A stretch of DNA of 32,000 bases from positions 1 to 32,000 of the forward strand of contig NZ_JAFLRF010000031.1 of the NCBI RefSeq assembly GCF_017315705.1, in the 5' to 3' direction. Source of the DNA: Trinickia mobilis. GTDB lineage: Bacteria; Pseudomonadota; Gammaproteobacteria; Burkholderiales; Burkholderiaceae. A program made the translations under genes and the position numbers. Shown piece by piece: positions 24,242-32,000 of the stretch. The stretch's first letter is position 1. Each line of letters starts with the position of its first letter. The notes beneath the pieces are model-generated. The model was not told the origin of the DNA and did not search any database. It saw only the letters and a list, made by a program, of their open reading frames with translations.

Positions 24242-24371
24242 GTTTCAAATGCGTTTCGAGTAAGAGGCCCGCGATTGTCTGCTCGCGGCCCCGCGCTTCG
24301 CACGCCTGAAGCGATGTAGTTCGCGTCGGCACATAAGCGAGAGCTCGCATCGCGCGCGTGCGGTGGGCAAC

Positions 24372-25076
24372 ATGCCCGGCATGGACGCAAATGAAATTCA
24401 ACGGCAGGCACGCAACGCGGTGCGCAAGGGATCGATCCTCGATATCGACCATGCGGCCGCGTTGTGTCGCGTGTCGGTGGGCGACCCCGACGACGACAAC
24501 GGCCACCTCGAAACGAACTGGATTCCGTGGATCGCAACGGCCGCCGGCACGACCCGCGAATGGTTGCCCCCGACCAAGGGCGAGCAGGTCGTATTGCTCT
24601 GCCCCATGGGCGATCCGGCGCAAGGCGTCGCACTGCGCGGCATCTTTTCGGACGAAGCGCCGGCGCCGAGCGAGAGCCCCGACGCACACACGCGCGTCTA
24701 TCCCGATGGCGCGCGCATCGAATACGAGCACGCCACGCATTCCCTCACAGCTGAACTACCCGCCGGCGCGACGGTGCTGATCGTCGCGCCAGGCTCGGTC
24801 ACAGTGCAGACGAAGGACGCCACGGTGACGGCAGATAACGTCACGCTCGACGCCGAGCTAACCACCTGCACCGGCGGCCTGCTCGTCAAAGGCCCTTTCG
24901 CCTTCGAATCCGGCATGACCGGCAAAGGTGGCAAGGGCGGTGCCACGATGAAGATCAACGGCGGCGCCGAGTTCTCGCAGGACGTGATCGCCGCGGGCGT
25001 GAGCGTGTCGCAGCACCCGCACGTGGCGCAGGGCGCCAACGCGCAAACCAGTAAGCCGATCGCGGGGGCAGCATGA
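24372..25076 (+). CDS. V: baseplate assembly protein V (P2 gpV-like spike)
   Basis: ...IQRQARNAVRKGSILDIDHAAALCRVSVG...TNWIPWIATAAGTTREWLPPTKGEQVVLLCPMGDPAQGVALRGIFS aligns with P2 gpV. The track start at 24363 is GTG; ATGs lie at 24372 and 24381. Confidence 0.9.
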   Translation: MPGMDANEIQRQARNAVRKGSILDIDHAAALCRVSVGDPDDDNGHLETNWIPWIATAAGTTREWLPPTKGEQVVLLCPMGDPAQGVALRGIFSDEAPAPSESPDAHTRVYPDGARIEYEHATHSLTAELPAGATVLIVAPGSVTVQTKDATVTADNVTLDAELTTCTGGLLVKGPFAFESGMTGKGGKGGATMKINGGAEFSQDVIAAGVSVSQHPHVAQGANAQTSKPIAGAA

Positions 25077-25432
25077 AGGGCATGAGCGCCACGACCGGCC
25101 GCACCATCAGCGGCCTCGAGCACCTGTATCAGTCCATCGGGCAGATACTGACCACGCCGCTCGCGACGCGCATCAAGCGCCGCCCGTTCGGCTCGAACGT
25201 GCCTGACCTAGTCGACGCGCCGAACAATGGCACCACGCGCACGCGCCTATACGCGGCGATCGCCACGGCCTTGATGCGCTGGGAGCCGCGCCTGACGCTC
25301 ACGCGCGTGCTGCTGTCGACCGAAACGAGCGAGACCGGTCAGGGCGTGCAGGTCGTCGATATCGAGGGGATGACTAGCGAATCCGGCGAGCCGGTGTCCA
25401 CGCGTGTTCGCCTCACGGGCGGTGCCGCATGA
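25073..25432 (+). CDS. W: baseplate wedge protein W (GPW/gp25 family)
   Basis: 119 aa. ...LEHLYQSIGQILTTPLATRIKRRPFGSNVPDLVDAP... typical gp25/GPW pattern. ATGA overlap with V. Confidence 0.9.
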   Translation: MKGMSATTGRTISGLEHLYQSIGQILTTPLATRIKRRPFGSNVPDLVDAPNNGTTRTRLYAAIATALMRWEPRLTLTRVLLSTETSETGQGVQVVDIEGMTSESGEPVSTRVRLTGGAA

Positions 25433-26334
25433 GCGCGACGCCAATCGATCTCTCCCAGCTGCCGTCGCCCGATATCGTCGAGACGATCGACTACGAAACG
25501 CTGCTCGCCGAGCGCAAGGCGCGACTCGTGTCGCTCTATCCGATCGACGACCAGGCCGAAATCGCCGCGACGCTCGAGCTCGAATCCGAACCGATGGCGA
25601 AGCTCCTGCAGGAGAACGCCTATCGCGAAGTCCTGCTGCGCCAGCTCATCAACGACAAGGCCCGCGGCATCCTGCTTGCATACGCGCGCGGCACGACGCT
25701 CGAACACATCGCTGCGCTATTCGACGTGGAGCGTCTCGTCATCTCCGCGGGCGATCCCGAGAACGGCGTTGATCCGGTCTACGAAGACGACGAGAGCCTG
25801 CGCGAACGCGTGCAGCTCGCACCACGCGGTTTCTCTGTTGCCGGCCCGAACGAGGCGTACGTGTTTCACGCGCGAGGCGCAGACGGTCGCGTGCTGTCCG
25901 CGTCGGCGTATAGCCCGGAACCGTGCGTGATGGTTGTCACTGTGCTGTCGCGGGAAGGCGACGGCACCGCGAGCGAAGAGCTGATCAAGATTGTGAAGAA
26001 AGCGCTCGAAGGCGTGCGCCCGCAGGCCGACGAAGTGATCGTGCAGAGCGCGAATGTCGTGCGCTACGCGATTCGCGCGACGCTGCGCTTCTTCTCCGGT
26101 CCGGATCGCGCCGTTGCGCTCGCGGAAGCGAACAAACGCACCGCGAAGTTCACGGCCGACATGCACCGCATCGGCATGGAAGTGACGGTCGATGGGCTGC
26201 ACTCGGCAATGCGCGTCGCGGGCGTGCAGAAGGTGCTGCTCGACTCACCGGCCGGCGGCGTCGCCGTAACGGCTGAGCAGGCGCCGTATTGCATTGGGAT
26301 CGAGCTGATCGACGGCGGGGTGGCGAATGAATAG
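25429..26334 (+). CDS. J: baseplate protein J (P2 gpJ-like)
   Basis: 301 aa, start overlaps the W stop. IDLSQLPSPDIVETIDYETLLAERKARL... as in gpJ. Synteny. Confidence 0.9.
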   Translation: MSATPIDLSQLPSPDIVETIDYETLLAERKARLVSLYPIDDQAEIAATLELESEPMAKLLQENAYREVLLRQLINDKARGILLAYARGTTLEHIAALFDVERLVISAGDPENGVDPVYEDDESLRERVQLAPRGFSVAGPNEAYVFHARGADGRVLSASAYSPEPCVMVVTVLSREGDGTASEELIKIVKKALEGVRPQADEVIVQSANVVRYAIRATLRFFSGPDRAVALAEANKRTAKFTADMHRIGMEVTVDGLHSAMRVAGVQKVLLDSPAGGVAVTAEQAPYCIGIELIDGGVANE

Positions 26335-26869
26335 CTTGCTGCCTCCGAACGCGACCGTGCTCGAACGGCGACTCGCGCAGGCCAACGCCGGCGTCAGCGA
26401 CATCCCGGTCGACATCGGCACGCTGATGAACCCGGACGACATCCCGCTGCCGTTCCTGCCGTGGCTCGCCTGGCACGTCGGCGTCGAGACCTGGAAGGAC
26501 TACTGGCCCGAGCAGGTGAAGCGCGCACGCGTGAAGACGGCGATCCGCATCGCGCGCATCAAGGGCACAGCCGAAGCCGTGCGCCAGGTGTGCACGTCAT
26601 TCGGCGCAAACGTCGCGATGCGCGAGTGGTTCGAGATGACGCCACGCGGCAGGCCCGGCACGTTCGAAATCCTGCTGACGGTCGGCGCGCGCGACGGCGT
26701 GCCGGCCACCGTCGAATACGTCGCCGACATCCGCGCCGAAGTCGATCGAGCGAAGCGCGGCACCGCGCACTACACCTTCAAGCAGGGCTATGACGCGACC
26801 GGCGCGCAGCGCATCGGCGCCGGCGCACGCGCCGCGGTCTATCGCCGCCTGTCCCTCTCGGATACCTGA
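26327..26869 (+). CDS. I: tail/baseplate protein I (P2 gpI-like)
   Basis: 180 aa. MNSLLPPNATVLERRLAQ...IPLPFLPWLAWHVGVETW... typical gpI start. Overlaps J by 8 nt. Confidence 0.85.
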   Translation: MNSLLPPNATVLERRLAQANAGVSDIPVDIGTLMNPDDIPLPFLPWLAWHVGVETWKDYWPEQVKRARVKTAIRIARIKGTAEAVRQVCTSFGANVAMREWFEMTPRGRPGTFEILLTVGARDGVPATVEYVADIRAEVDRAKRGTAHYTFKQGYDATGAQRIGAGARAAVYRRLSLSDT

Positions 26870-26871
26870 AC

Positions 26872-28191
26872 ATGGCTGGAAACCTGATTCAAATCACCGA
26901 CGCCGGCCGCGCAGCGCTCGTCGACGCGGGCAACACCGGCACCGTCGCGCGCCGTGTCGTCGAAATCGGCATCGGCACCGCGGGGTTCGCGTTCGACAAG
27001 GGCATGAAGACCCTGCCGAACGAGCGCAAGCGCGTGACCACGTTCGGCGGCGAAAACGTCGCCCCGGACACCATACACGTCGTCATCCAGGACGACTCAG
27101 ACGACCAGTATTCGCTCTACGCGTACGGCCTGTACCTGGACAACGGCGTGCTGTTCGGCGTCTATGTGCAGAACACGCCGATTCTCGAAAAATCGCCGGC
27201 GGCCACGCTGCTGCTGGCGAGTGACGTCGTGTTCGCGTCGATCGATGCCGCGCTGCTTCAGCTCGGGCCCGCAACGTTCCTGAATCCGCCGGCGACGATC
27301 GCGCGTCAGGGGGTCGTCGAGCTGGCAACGCAGGCCGAAGTCGACGCGGGAATCGACGATGCGCGCGCGATCACGCCGAAGACCGCGGCAAAGCGCTACG
27401 CGGCGCTTGCGGGCGCCGCATTCGTCGGGCCGGTGAGCTTCGCCGCCTCCGCGACCGCTATCACGCCACCGGCCGGCGACTCCTCGAAACAGGTCGCAAC
27501 CACCGAGTTTGTCGTCGCCGCCATCGTCTCCGCGACGATCGGACAAATCGTCATGGAAGCACGCACGAGTGCACGCGCGGGCTTCTTGAAGCTGAACGGC
27601 GCCTTGCTCAACCGCGCCGACTATCCGGCACTTTGGGCCTACGCACAGGCGAGCGGCGCGCTCGTCACCGACACGACCTGGTCAGCGAACAATTGGGGAT
27701 GCTTCTCCAGCGGCGACGGCGCGACGACCTTTCGACTGCCTGAGCTGCGCGGCGAATTCCTGCGCTGTTGGGATGACGGGCGCGGCGCAGACTCCGGCCG
27801 AGGCATCGGTACCTTTCAAGCCTCGCAGAATCTGAACCACGGCCACGGGGCCAGCTCGTCGACCGCTGGCGATCACATACACAGCGCATGGACGGACGGA
27901 CAGGGCTGGCACGGCCACGGCGTCGGCGATCCAGGCCACGAGCACACGATCGACACAGGACACGGCGGGGGCGTAAACGGCCAAGTCAACATCAACGGCG
28001 GTAGCGCAGGAACGCGGCAAGCAAGACGGGCTTGGACCGGCATCTCCATTGCTGGCGACGGTTACCACGGCCACAACGTCGGCATCGGCTCGACCGGCGC
28101 ACACGGCCACGCGATCACCATCAACAACGACGGCGGCGACGAAGCGCGACCGCGAAACGTCGCACTGCTCGCGCTGATTCGCGCTTACTGA
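26872..28191 (+). CDS. H: tail fibre protein (P2 gpH position) with tail-collar domain and His-rich tip
   Basis: 439 aa. N-terminal IQITDAGRAAL...; collar-like FLKLNGALLNRADYPALWAY...FRLPELRGEFLR; C-terminal HxH repeats and ...RPRNVALLALIRAY. Confidence 0.9.
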   Translation: MAGNLIQITDAGRAALVDAGNTGTVARRVVEIGIGTAGFAFDKGMKTLPNERKRVTTFGGENVAPDTIHVVIQDDSDDQYSLYAYGLYLDNGVLFGVYVQNTPILEKSPAATLLLASDVVFASIDAALLQLGPATFLNPPATIARQGVVELATQAEVDAGIDDARAITPKTAAKRYAALAGAAFVGPVSFAASATAITPPAGDSSKQVATTEFVVAAIVSATIGQIVMEARTSARAGFLKLNGALLNRADYPALWAYAQASGALVTDTTWSANNWGCFSSGDGATTFRLPELRGEFLRCWDDGRGADSGRGIGTFQASQNLNHGHGASSSTAGDHIHSAWTDGQGWHGHGVGDPGHEHTIDTGHGGGVNGQVNINGGSAGTRQARRAWTGISIAGDGYHGHNVGIGSTGAHGHAITINNDGGDEARPRNVALLALIRAY

Positions 28192-28202
28192 GGATATCGA
28201 AC

Positions 28203-29063
28203 ATGCTCATTCACCAATACGACGCCTTGACGGGCCAATACATTTCGAGCCGACTGGCCGACTCCGACCCGCGCAACCTCGACTGCTGGCTCGTGCCCGC
28301 ATTCAGTACGGTCGACGAGCTGCCGGCACGCACGCCGCTTACATGGCCGTTCTACCTCAACGGCGCATGGAAGCTGCTGCCTGACTATCGCGGCCGGATG
28401 CTGTATCGCCAAGACAACGGCGAGGCGGCCGAAATTCTCGTCGCCGGTATGACGCCGCCCGATGCCGGCCTGACGGAAACACCGCGCCCCTCGGCGGAGC
28501 ACGTTTGGCACGATGGCGCATGGGTGATCGACCCGGCCGTTGTCGCGCAGAACGTCCGCGCGAGCGCGATGGCCGAGTTTGAAAAGCGCCTGGCGCACGC
28601 ACGCGACATGAACGCCGGCAAGGCCGACGCGCTCGCGGCAGGGCTGCTCACGCCCGAAGAAGCCTATTACTTCCGCGCGTGGTCGACGTATCAGCTCGAC
28701 CTTGTGCGTGCGATCCAGCGCGACGGGTTCCCCGAAACCGTGACGTGGCCGGCCGAGCCGATTTCGTTCGACGAAGCAATGGCCCCCGTAATGGCCGAAT
28801 TCAATGCGCGCATGGCGAAGGCGAGGACCTTCACGGACGGCAAGGCCGAGGCCTATGCGGCCGGCACGCTATCGGACCGGAAAGCCTACGAATACTGCGT
28901 GTGGAGCGACTACGAGACCGCGCTTTCGCTCGCGCTCGAGCGCGACCCGCTGCCGGCCGTGCGCTGGCCGGCCGAGCCGCAACCCTATCCACTGCCCGCA
29001 GACTCGGAAATTGCCGACGAGTCCCCGGCCGAGAGCGCGCCGGATACCTCGGCCTCCGCGTAA
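28203..29063 (+). CDS. G: tail fibre assembly chaperone (P2 gpG position) with duplicated C-terminal module
   Basis: Internal ATG at 28203 (MLIHQYDALTGQYISS...), 12 nt after the H stop. The track ORF start at 28032 overlaps H in another frame. Confidence 0.8.
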   Translation: MLIHQYDALTGQYISSRLADSDPRNLDCWLVPAFSTVDELPARTPLTWPFYLNGAWKLLPDYRGRMLYRQDNGEAAEILVAGMTPPDAGLTETPRPSAEHVWHDGAWVIDPAVVAQNVRASAMAEFEKRLAHARDMNAGKADALAAGLLTPEEAYYFRAWSTYQLDLVRAIQRDGFPETVTWPAEPISFDEAMAPVMAEFNARMAKARTFTDGKAEAYAAGTLSDRKAYEYCVWSDYETALSLALERDPLPAVRWPAEPQPYPLPADSEIADESPAESAPDTSASA

Positions 29064-29130
29064 CGCCGCAAGCGTCGCGAGCTGCAACCCGCCTTCTTCA
29101 CTGTCTTACTGCCCCTAACGAGGATCACAC

Positions 29131-30303
29131 ATGGCAACTGACTATCACCACGGCGTGCGCGTGTTGGAAATCAACGAAGGCACGCGCCCGATTCGCACCG
29201 TGTCGACGGCGATCGTCGGCGTCGTTTGCACGGCCGACGATGCCGACGCTACCGCGTTCCCGCTCGATACGCCGGTGCTGCTGACCAACGTCGTCGCCGC
29301 GCTTGGCAAGGCCGGCACGAAGGGCACGTTGCGCAAGACGCTCGATGCAATCGGCAAACAGACGAAGCCGGTCACGATCGTGGTGCGCGTCGCTGAAGGC
29401 AAGGAAGCCGCCGAAACCACGTCGAACGTGATTGGCACCGTGACCGCAGAAGGCAAGTACACCGGCATGAAAGCCCTGCTCACGGCGCAGGCCAGGCTCG
29501 GCGTGAAACCGCGCATTCTCGCCGCGCCCGGCCTCGACACGCAGGCCGTCGCCACCGCTTTCGCCACGCTCGCGCAATCGCTGCGTGGCTTCGCCTATGT
29601 GGCGGCGCACGGCTGCAAAACGAAGGAGGAGGCAGCCGCTTACCGCAAGCAATTCAGCCAGCGCGAAATCATGGTGATCTGGCCGGACTTCCTCGGCTGG
29701 GACGACGTGACCAGCTCGACCGTCGTCATCCCAGCGACGGCGATCGCCGCAGGCCTGCGCGCGAAGATCGATAACGATACCGGCTGGCACAAAACGCTCT
29801 CGAACGTTGGCGTGAACGGGGTCACGGGTATCAGCGCTGACGTGTTCTGGGATCTGCAGGACTCGGCGACCGACGCTGGATATCTGAACGAGCAGGACGT
29901 GACGACGCTCATCAACCGCGACGGCTATCGCTTCTGGGGCTCGCGCACCTGCTCGGCCGATCCGTTATTCGCGTTCGAGAACTACACGCGCACCGCGCAG
30001 GTGCTCGCCGACTCGATCGCCGAAGCGCAAATGCCGGTCGTCGACGGGCCGTTGAATCCCTCGCTCGCGCGCGACGTGATCGAAAGCATCAACGGCAAAT
30101 TCCGCGAATGGATCTCGCAGGGCTATCTGATCGGCGGCTCGTCCTGGTTCGATCCGGAGCCAAACACCACTGACGTGCTGAAGTCCGGCAAAGCGTACCT
30201 CGACTACGACTACACGCCCGTACCGCCCCTTGAAAACCTGATGCTGCGCCAGCGCATCACCGATCGCTACCTCGCCGACTTTGCTGCGCGGGTCACCGCG
30301 TGA
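29131..30303 (+). CDS. FI: contractile tail sheath protein (P2 FI-like)
   Basis: [45 protein letters not shown]... is near-colinear with P2 FI ([44 protein letters not shown]). Confidence 0.95.
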   Translation: [390 protein letters not shown]

Positions 30304-30331
30304 GCGGTCGGCCTAACTAGGAGCCACATAC

Positions 30332-30841
30332 ATGGGGATGCCTCGTAAACTGAAGGGATTCAACCTTTTCCAGAACGGCGAAAACTTCGTCGGCCAGGTC
30401 GCCGAAGTCACGCTGCCCAAGCTCACGCGCAAGATGGAGGACTACCAGGGCGGCGGCATGAGCGGCCCGATCAAGATCGACTTCGGCCAGGAGGGCATTC
30501 AGCTCGAATGGACGTGCGGCGGCTTCATGCGCGCGGTGCTTGCGCAATACGGCATCACGAAGCATGACGGCGTGCTGCTGCGCTTCGCCGGCGGCTACCA
30601 GTCCGAGGATTCGACCGGCGTCGACTCGATCGAAATCGTCATCAAGGGCCGGCACATGGAGATCGACCCCGGCACCGCCAAGACGAAGGAAGACACCGCG
30701 TTCAAGGTGACGACCGTCGCGAGCTACTACAAGCTCACGATCAACGGCGAGGACGTGATCGAAATCGACTTCATCAACATGGTCGAGAAGATCAACGGCA
30801 ACGATCTGCTCGCCGCGCTGCGCACGGCGATCGGCCTGTAA
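30332..30841 (+). CDS. FII: tail tube protein (P2 FII-like)
   Basis: 169 aa. MPRKLKGFNLFQNGENFVGQVAEVTLPKLTRKMEDY... typical FII start. Synteny. Confidence 0.95.
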   Translation: MGMPRKLKGFNLFQNGENFVGQVAEVTLPKLTRKMEDYQGGGMSGPIKIDFGQEGIQLEWTCGGFMRAVLAQYGITKHDGVLLRFAGGYQSEDSTGVDSIEIVIKGRHMEIDPGTAKTKEDTAFKVTTVASYYKLTINGEDVIEIDFINMVEKINGNDLLAALRTAIGL

Positions 30842-30852
30842 CGCTTCCCCGT

Positions 30853-30874
30853 CCTGCCCGCCTTGCGGGGCAGG
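30853..30874 (+). other. GC-rich stem-loop between tube and E genes
   Basis: CCTGCCC...GGGCAGG arms (30853-30859 / 30868-30874). No T-tract follows. Function unknown. Confidence 0.3.
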
Positions 30875-30904
30875 CCTCTGACTCTCACTCGAACCGAATA
30901 CACC

Positions 30905-31258
30905 ATGCAGACCAACGCACAGGCTTTGAACGACACCGCCGCCGCCACCGACACCGCGGCCACGGATCCGAACACCCACACCCTCGACACACCGCTCGTG
31001 CGCGGCAACCAGACCATCGAAAAAATCACGTTGCGCAAGCCGAAATCGGGCGAGCTACGCGGCGCGTCGCTCTCCGATCTCGTCAATCTGGACGTCATCG
31101 CGCTGTCGAAGGTGCTGCCGCGCATTAGCTCACCGACCCTCACCGAAGCGGACATCGCCAACATCGACCCGGCCGACCTCGTGATGCTGGGAGGCATTTT
31201 TGCGGGTTTTTTGATGCCGAAGGCCGTCAAGTCGAAACTGGACTCCCTGAACGGGTAG
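30905..31258 (+). CDS. E: tail assembly chaperone E (P2 gpE-like)
   Basis: From the ATG at 30905, ...LDTPLVRGNQTIEKITLRKPKSGELRGASLSDLVNLDVIALSKVLPRISSPTLTEADIANIDPADLVMLGG aligns with P2 gpE. Confidence 0.85.
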   Translation: MQTNAQALNDTAAATDTAATDPNTHTLDTPLVRGNQTIEKITLRKPKSGELRGASLSDLVNLDVIALSKVLPRISSPTLTEADIANIDPADLVMLGGIFAGFLMPKAVKSKLDSLNG

Positions 31259-31380
31259 AAGACCCGATGGCCGATATTGCGACGGTGTTCGGCTGGGCGC
31301 CGTCGACGATGGACGAGTTCAGCCTTGCCGAGCTGATGGACTGGCGCGAGCGCGCCCGACTGAGAAGCGGAACCGAATAG
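30905..31380 (+). CDS. E': E+E' tail chaperone made by -1 programmed frameshift
   Basis: Slippery GGGTTTTTTG at 31204-31213 (the P2 site is TTTTTTG). The -1 frame is open from there to TAG 31378-31380 and encodes ...MADIATVFGWAPSTMDEFSLAELMDWRERARLRSGTE, a typical GpE' tail. Confidence 0.75.
31204..31213 (+). promoter_or_regulatory. -1 ribosomal frameshift slippery site
   Basis: T6G heptamer preceded by GGG, positioned near the 3' end of E exactly as in P2. Confidence 0.75.
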
Positions 31381-31382
31381 CG

Positions 31383-32000
31383 ATGGACAACGTCCTGAAA
31401 CTGCGCGTCATGTTCGACGTGATCGACAACATGACGAAGCCCCTAAAAAGCCTGCTGGCTGGTAACAAGGGGCTGGCGAGCTCGCTCAAGGAAACCCGCC
31501 GCGAACTGGCCGAGATGGGCAAGACGCAAAAGCGCGTCGCCGAGTTCCGCGAAATGCGAGGCGGGCTTGCCGCAACCGCCTCGCAGCTCAATGCGGCACG
31601 CGAGCGCGTGAACAGCTTGGCCGGGTCGATACGGGGGTTCGGCCCGCCGTCGCGCCAGATGATTGCCGAGTTCGAAAAGATGAAGCAAACGACCGCGCGC
31701 CTCACGGCCGAGCATGACAAGCAAGCCGGCCGCGTGCGCACTCTGCGCGACCAGCTCGCAGGCGCAGGCGTCAACACACGCAACCTTGCGCAGCACGAGC
31801 GAGAGCTGCGGGCGAGCATCGCGTCGACCACCTCGGCGATGAGCGACCAGATGCGCAAGCTTGAGGCGCTCGGCGAGCGTGAGAAGCGCGTCGCGGCCGC
31901 GCGCGCGAAGATGCAGTCCGCACAGGGTATCGCGGCCAATATGGCGATCGGCGGCTATGCAGCAAAGAGCACTGGCGCACACATCCTTGGCAGTGTAGGC
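31383..32000 (+). CDS. T: tail tape-measure protein (P2 gpT-like), N-terminal part; continues beyond window end
   Basis: Open to the window edge, so absent from the track. Own translation: MDNVLKLRVMFDVIDNMTKPLKSLLAGNKGLASSLKETRRELAEMGKTQKRVAEF... Helical, with the typical TMP N-terminus. Starts 3 nt after E'. Confidence 0.85.
   Translation, partial: MDNVLKLRVMFDVIDNMTKPLKSLLAGNKGLASSLKETRRELAEMGKTQKRVAEFREMRGGLAATASQLNAARERVNSLAGSIRGFGPPSRQMIAEFEKMKQTTARLTAEHDKQAGRVRTLRDQLAGAGVNTRNLAQHERELRASIASTTSAMSDQMRKLEALGEREKRVAAARAKMQSAQGIAANMAIGGYAAKSTGAHILGSVG

Larger units (their letters stand above)
9958..32000. mobile_element. P2-like (Peduovirus-type) myovirus prophage, left junction to tape-measure gene; right part lies beyond the window
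   Basis: Complete P2 gene order Q,P|O,N,M,L,X,lysis,R,S|V,W,J,I,H,G|FI,FII,E,E',T, with protein N-termini clearly alignable to recalled P2 proteins. Starts at a tRNA 3'-half copy. Confidence 0.9.

Noticed and set aside
24315-24333. TGT-N13-ACA dyad upstream of V as an Ogr-type late-promoter activator site
   Set aside because: The P2 consensus I recall is TGT-N12-ACA centred near -55. Here the spacing is 13. Centring at -55 would put the transcription start downstream of the likely V start codon. No comparable dyad was seen in the P/O divergent region. The question remains unresolved.
28032-28202. Upstream extension of the tail-fibre assembly ORF (track start 28032)
   Set aside because: It overlaps the 3' end of the fibre gene in another frame with Arg-rich junk. 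The ATG at 28203 sits just after the H stop and gives a typical Tfa N-terminus.
1-32000. CRISPR arrays, long tandem repeats, IS elements or transposase genes, rRNA
   Set aside because: Visual scanning found no regularly spaced direct repeats with unique spacers, no transposase-like ORFs or terminal inverted repeats, and no rRNA-like sequence. A computational repeat finder would be needed to exclude short or degenerate arrays.

Overview
High-GC (about 65-68% by eye), Burkholderia-like chromosomal window with three parts. (1) 1-8403 holds a tightly coupled minus-strand catabolic operon: Rieske ferredoxin, small unknown, Rieske oxygenase alpha subunit, SDR, cupin, embedded IclR regulator, SDR, and a TPP enzyme that runs off the left edge. 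It is followed by an AT-rich regulatory gap, a porin gene and a second paralogous IclR gene. (2) 8404-9957 is a lower-GC spacer encoding one orphan multi-TM protein. (3) From about 9958 to the window end lies a P2-like myovirus prophage. Its left junction is a 42-nt tRNA 3'-half copy. Its gene order is Q,P / O,N,M,L,X, holin-like x2, endolysin, R,S / V,W,J,I,H,G / FI,FII,E,E+E',T (T is truncated by the window edge). All product calls rest on my reading of the supplied translations, on recalled P2 protein and family signatures, and on synteny; no searches were run. The material worth a second look is the non-P2 cargo. Three toxin-antitoxin cassettes sit between the att junction and Q, one of them with a decayed toxin. 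A reverse-oriented unknown gene sits inside the late operon between R and S. A 2.4-kb reverse-oriented block at the S/V operon boundary carries a lipoprotein plus secreted coiled-coil protein operon and a DNA methyltransferase broken by a +1 shift in a G6/C6 tract. The Rz/Rz1 (lysB/lysC) spanin genes appear to be missing after the endolysin. No CRISPR array, rRNA or intact tRNA was seen.
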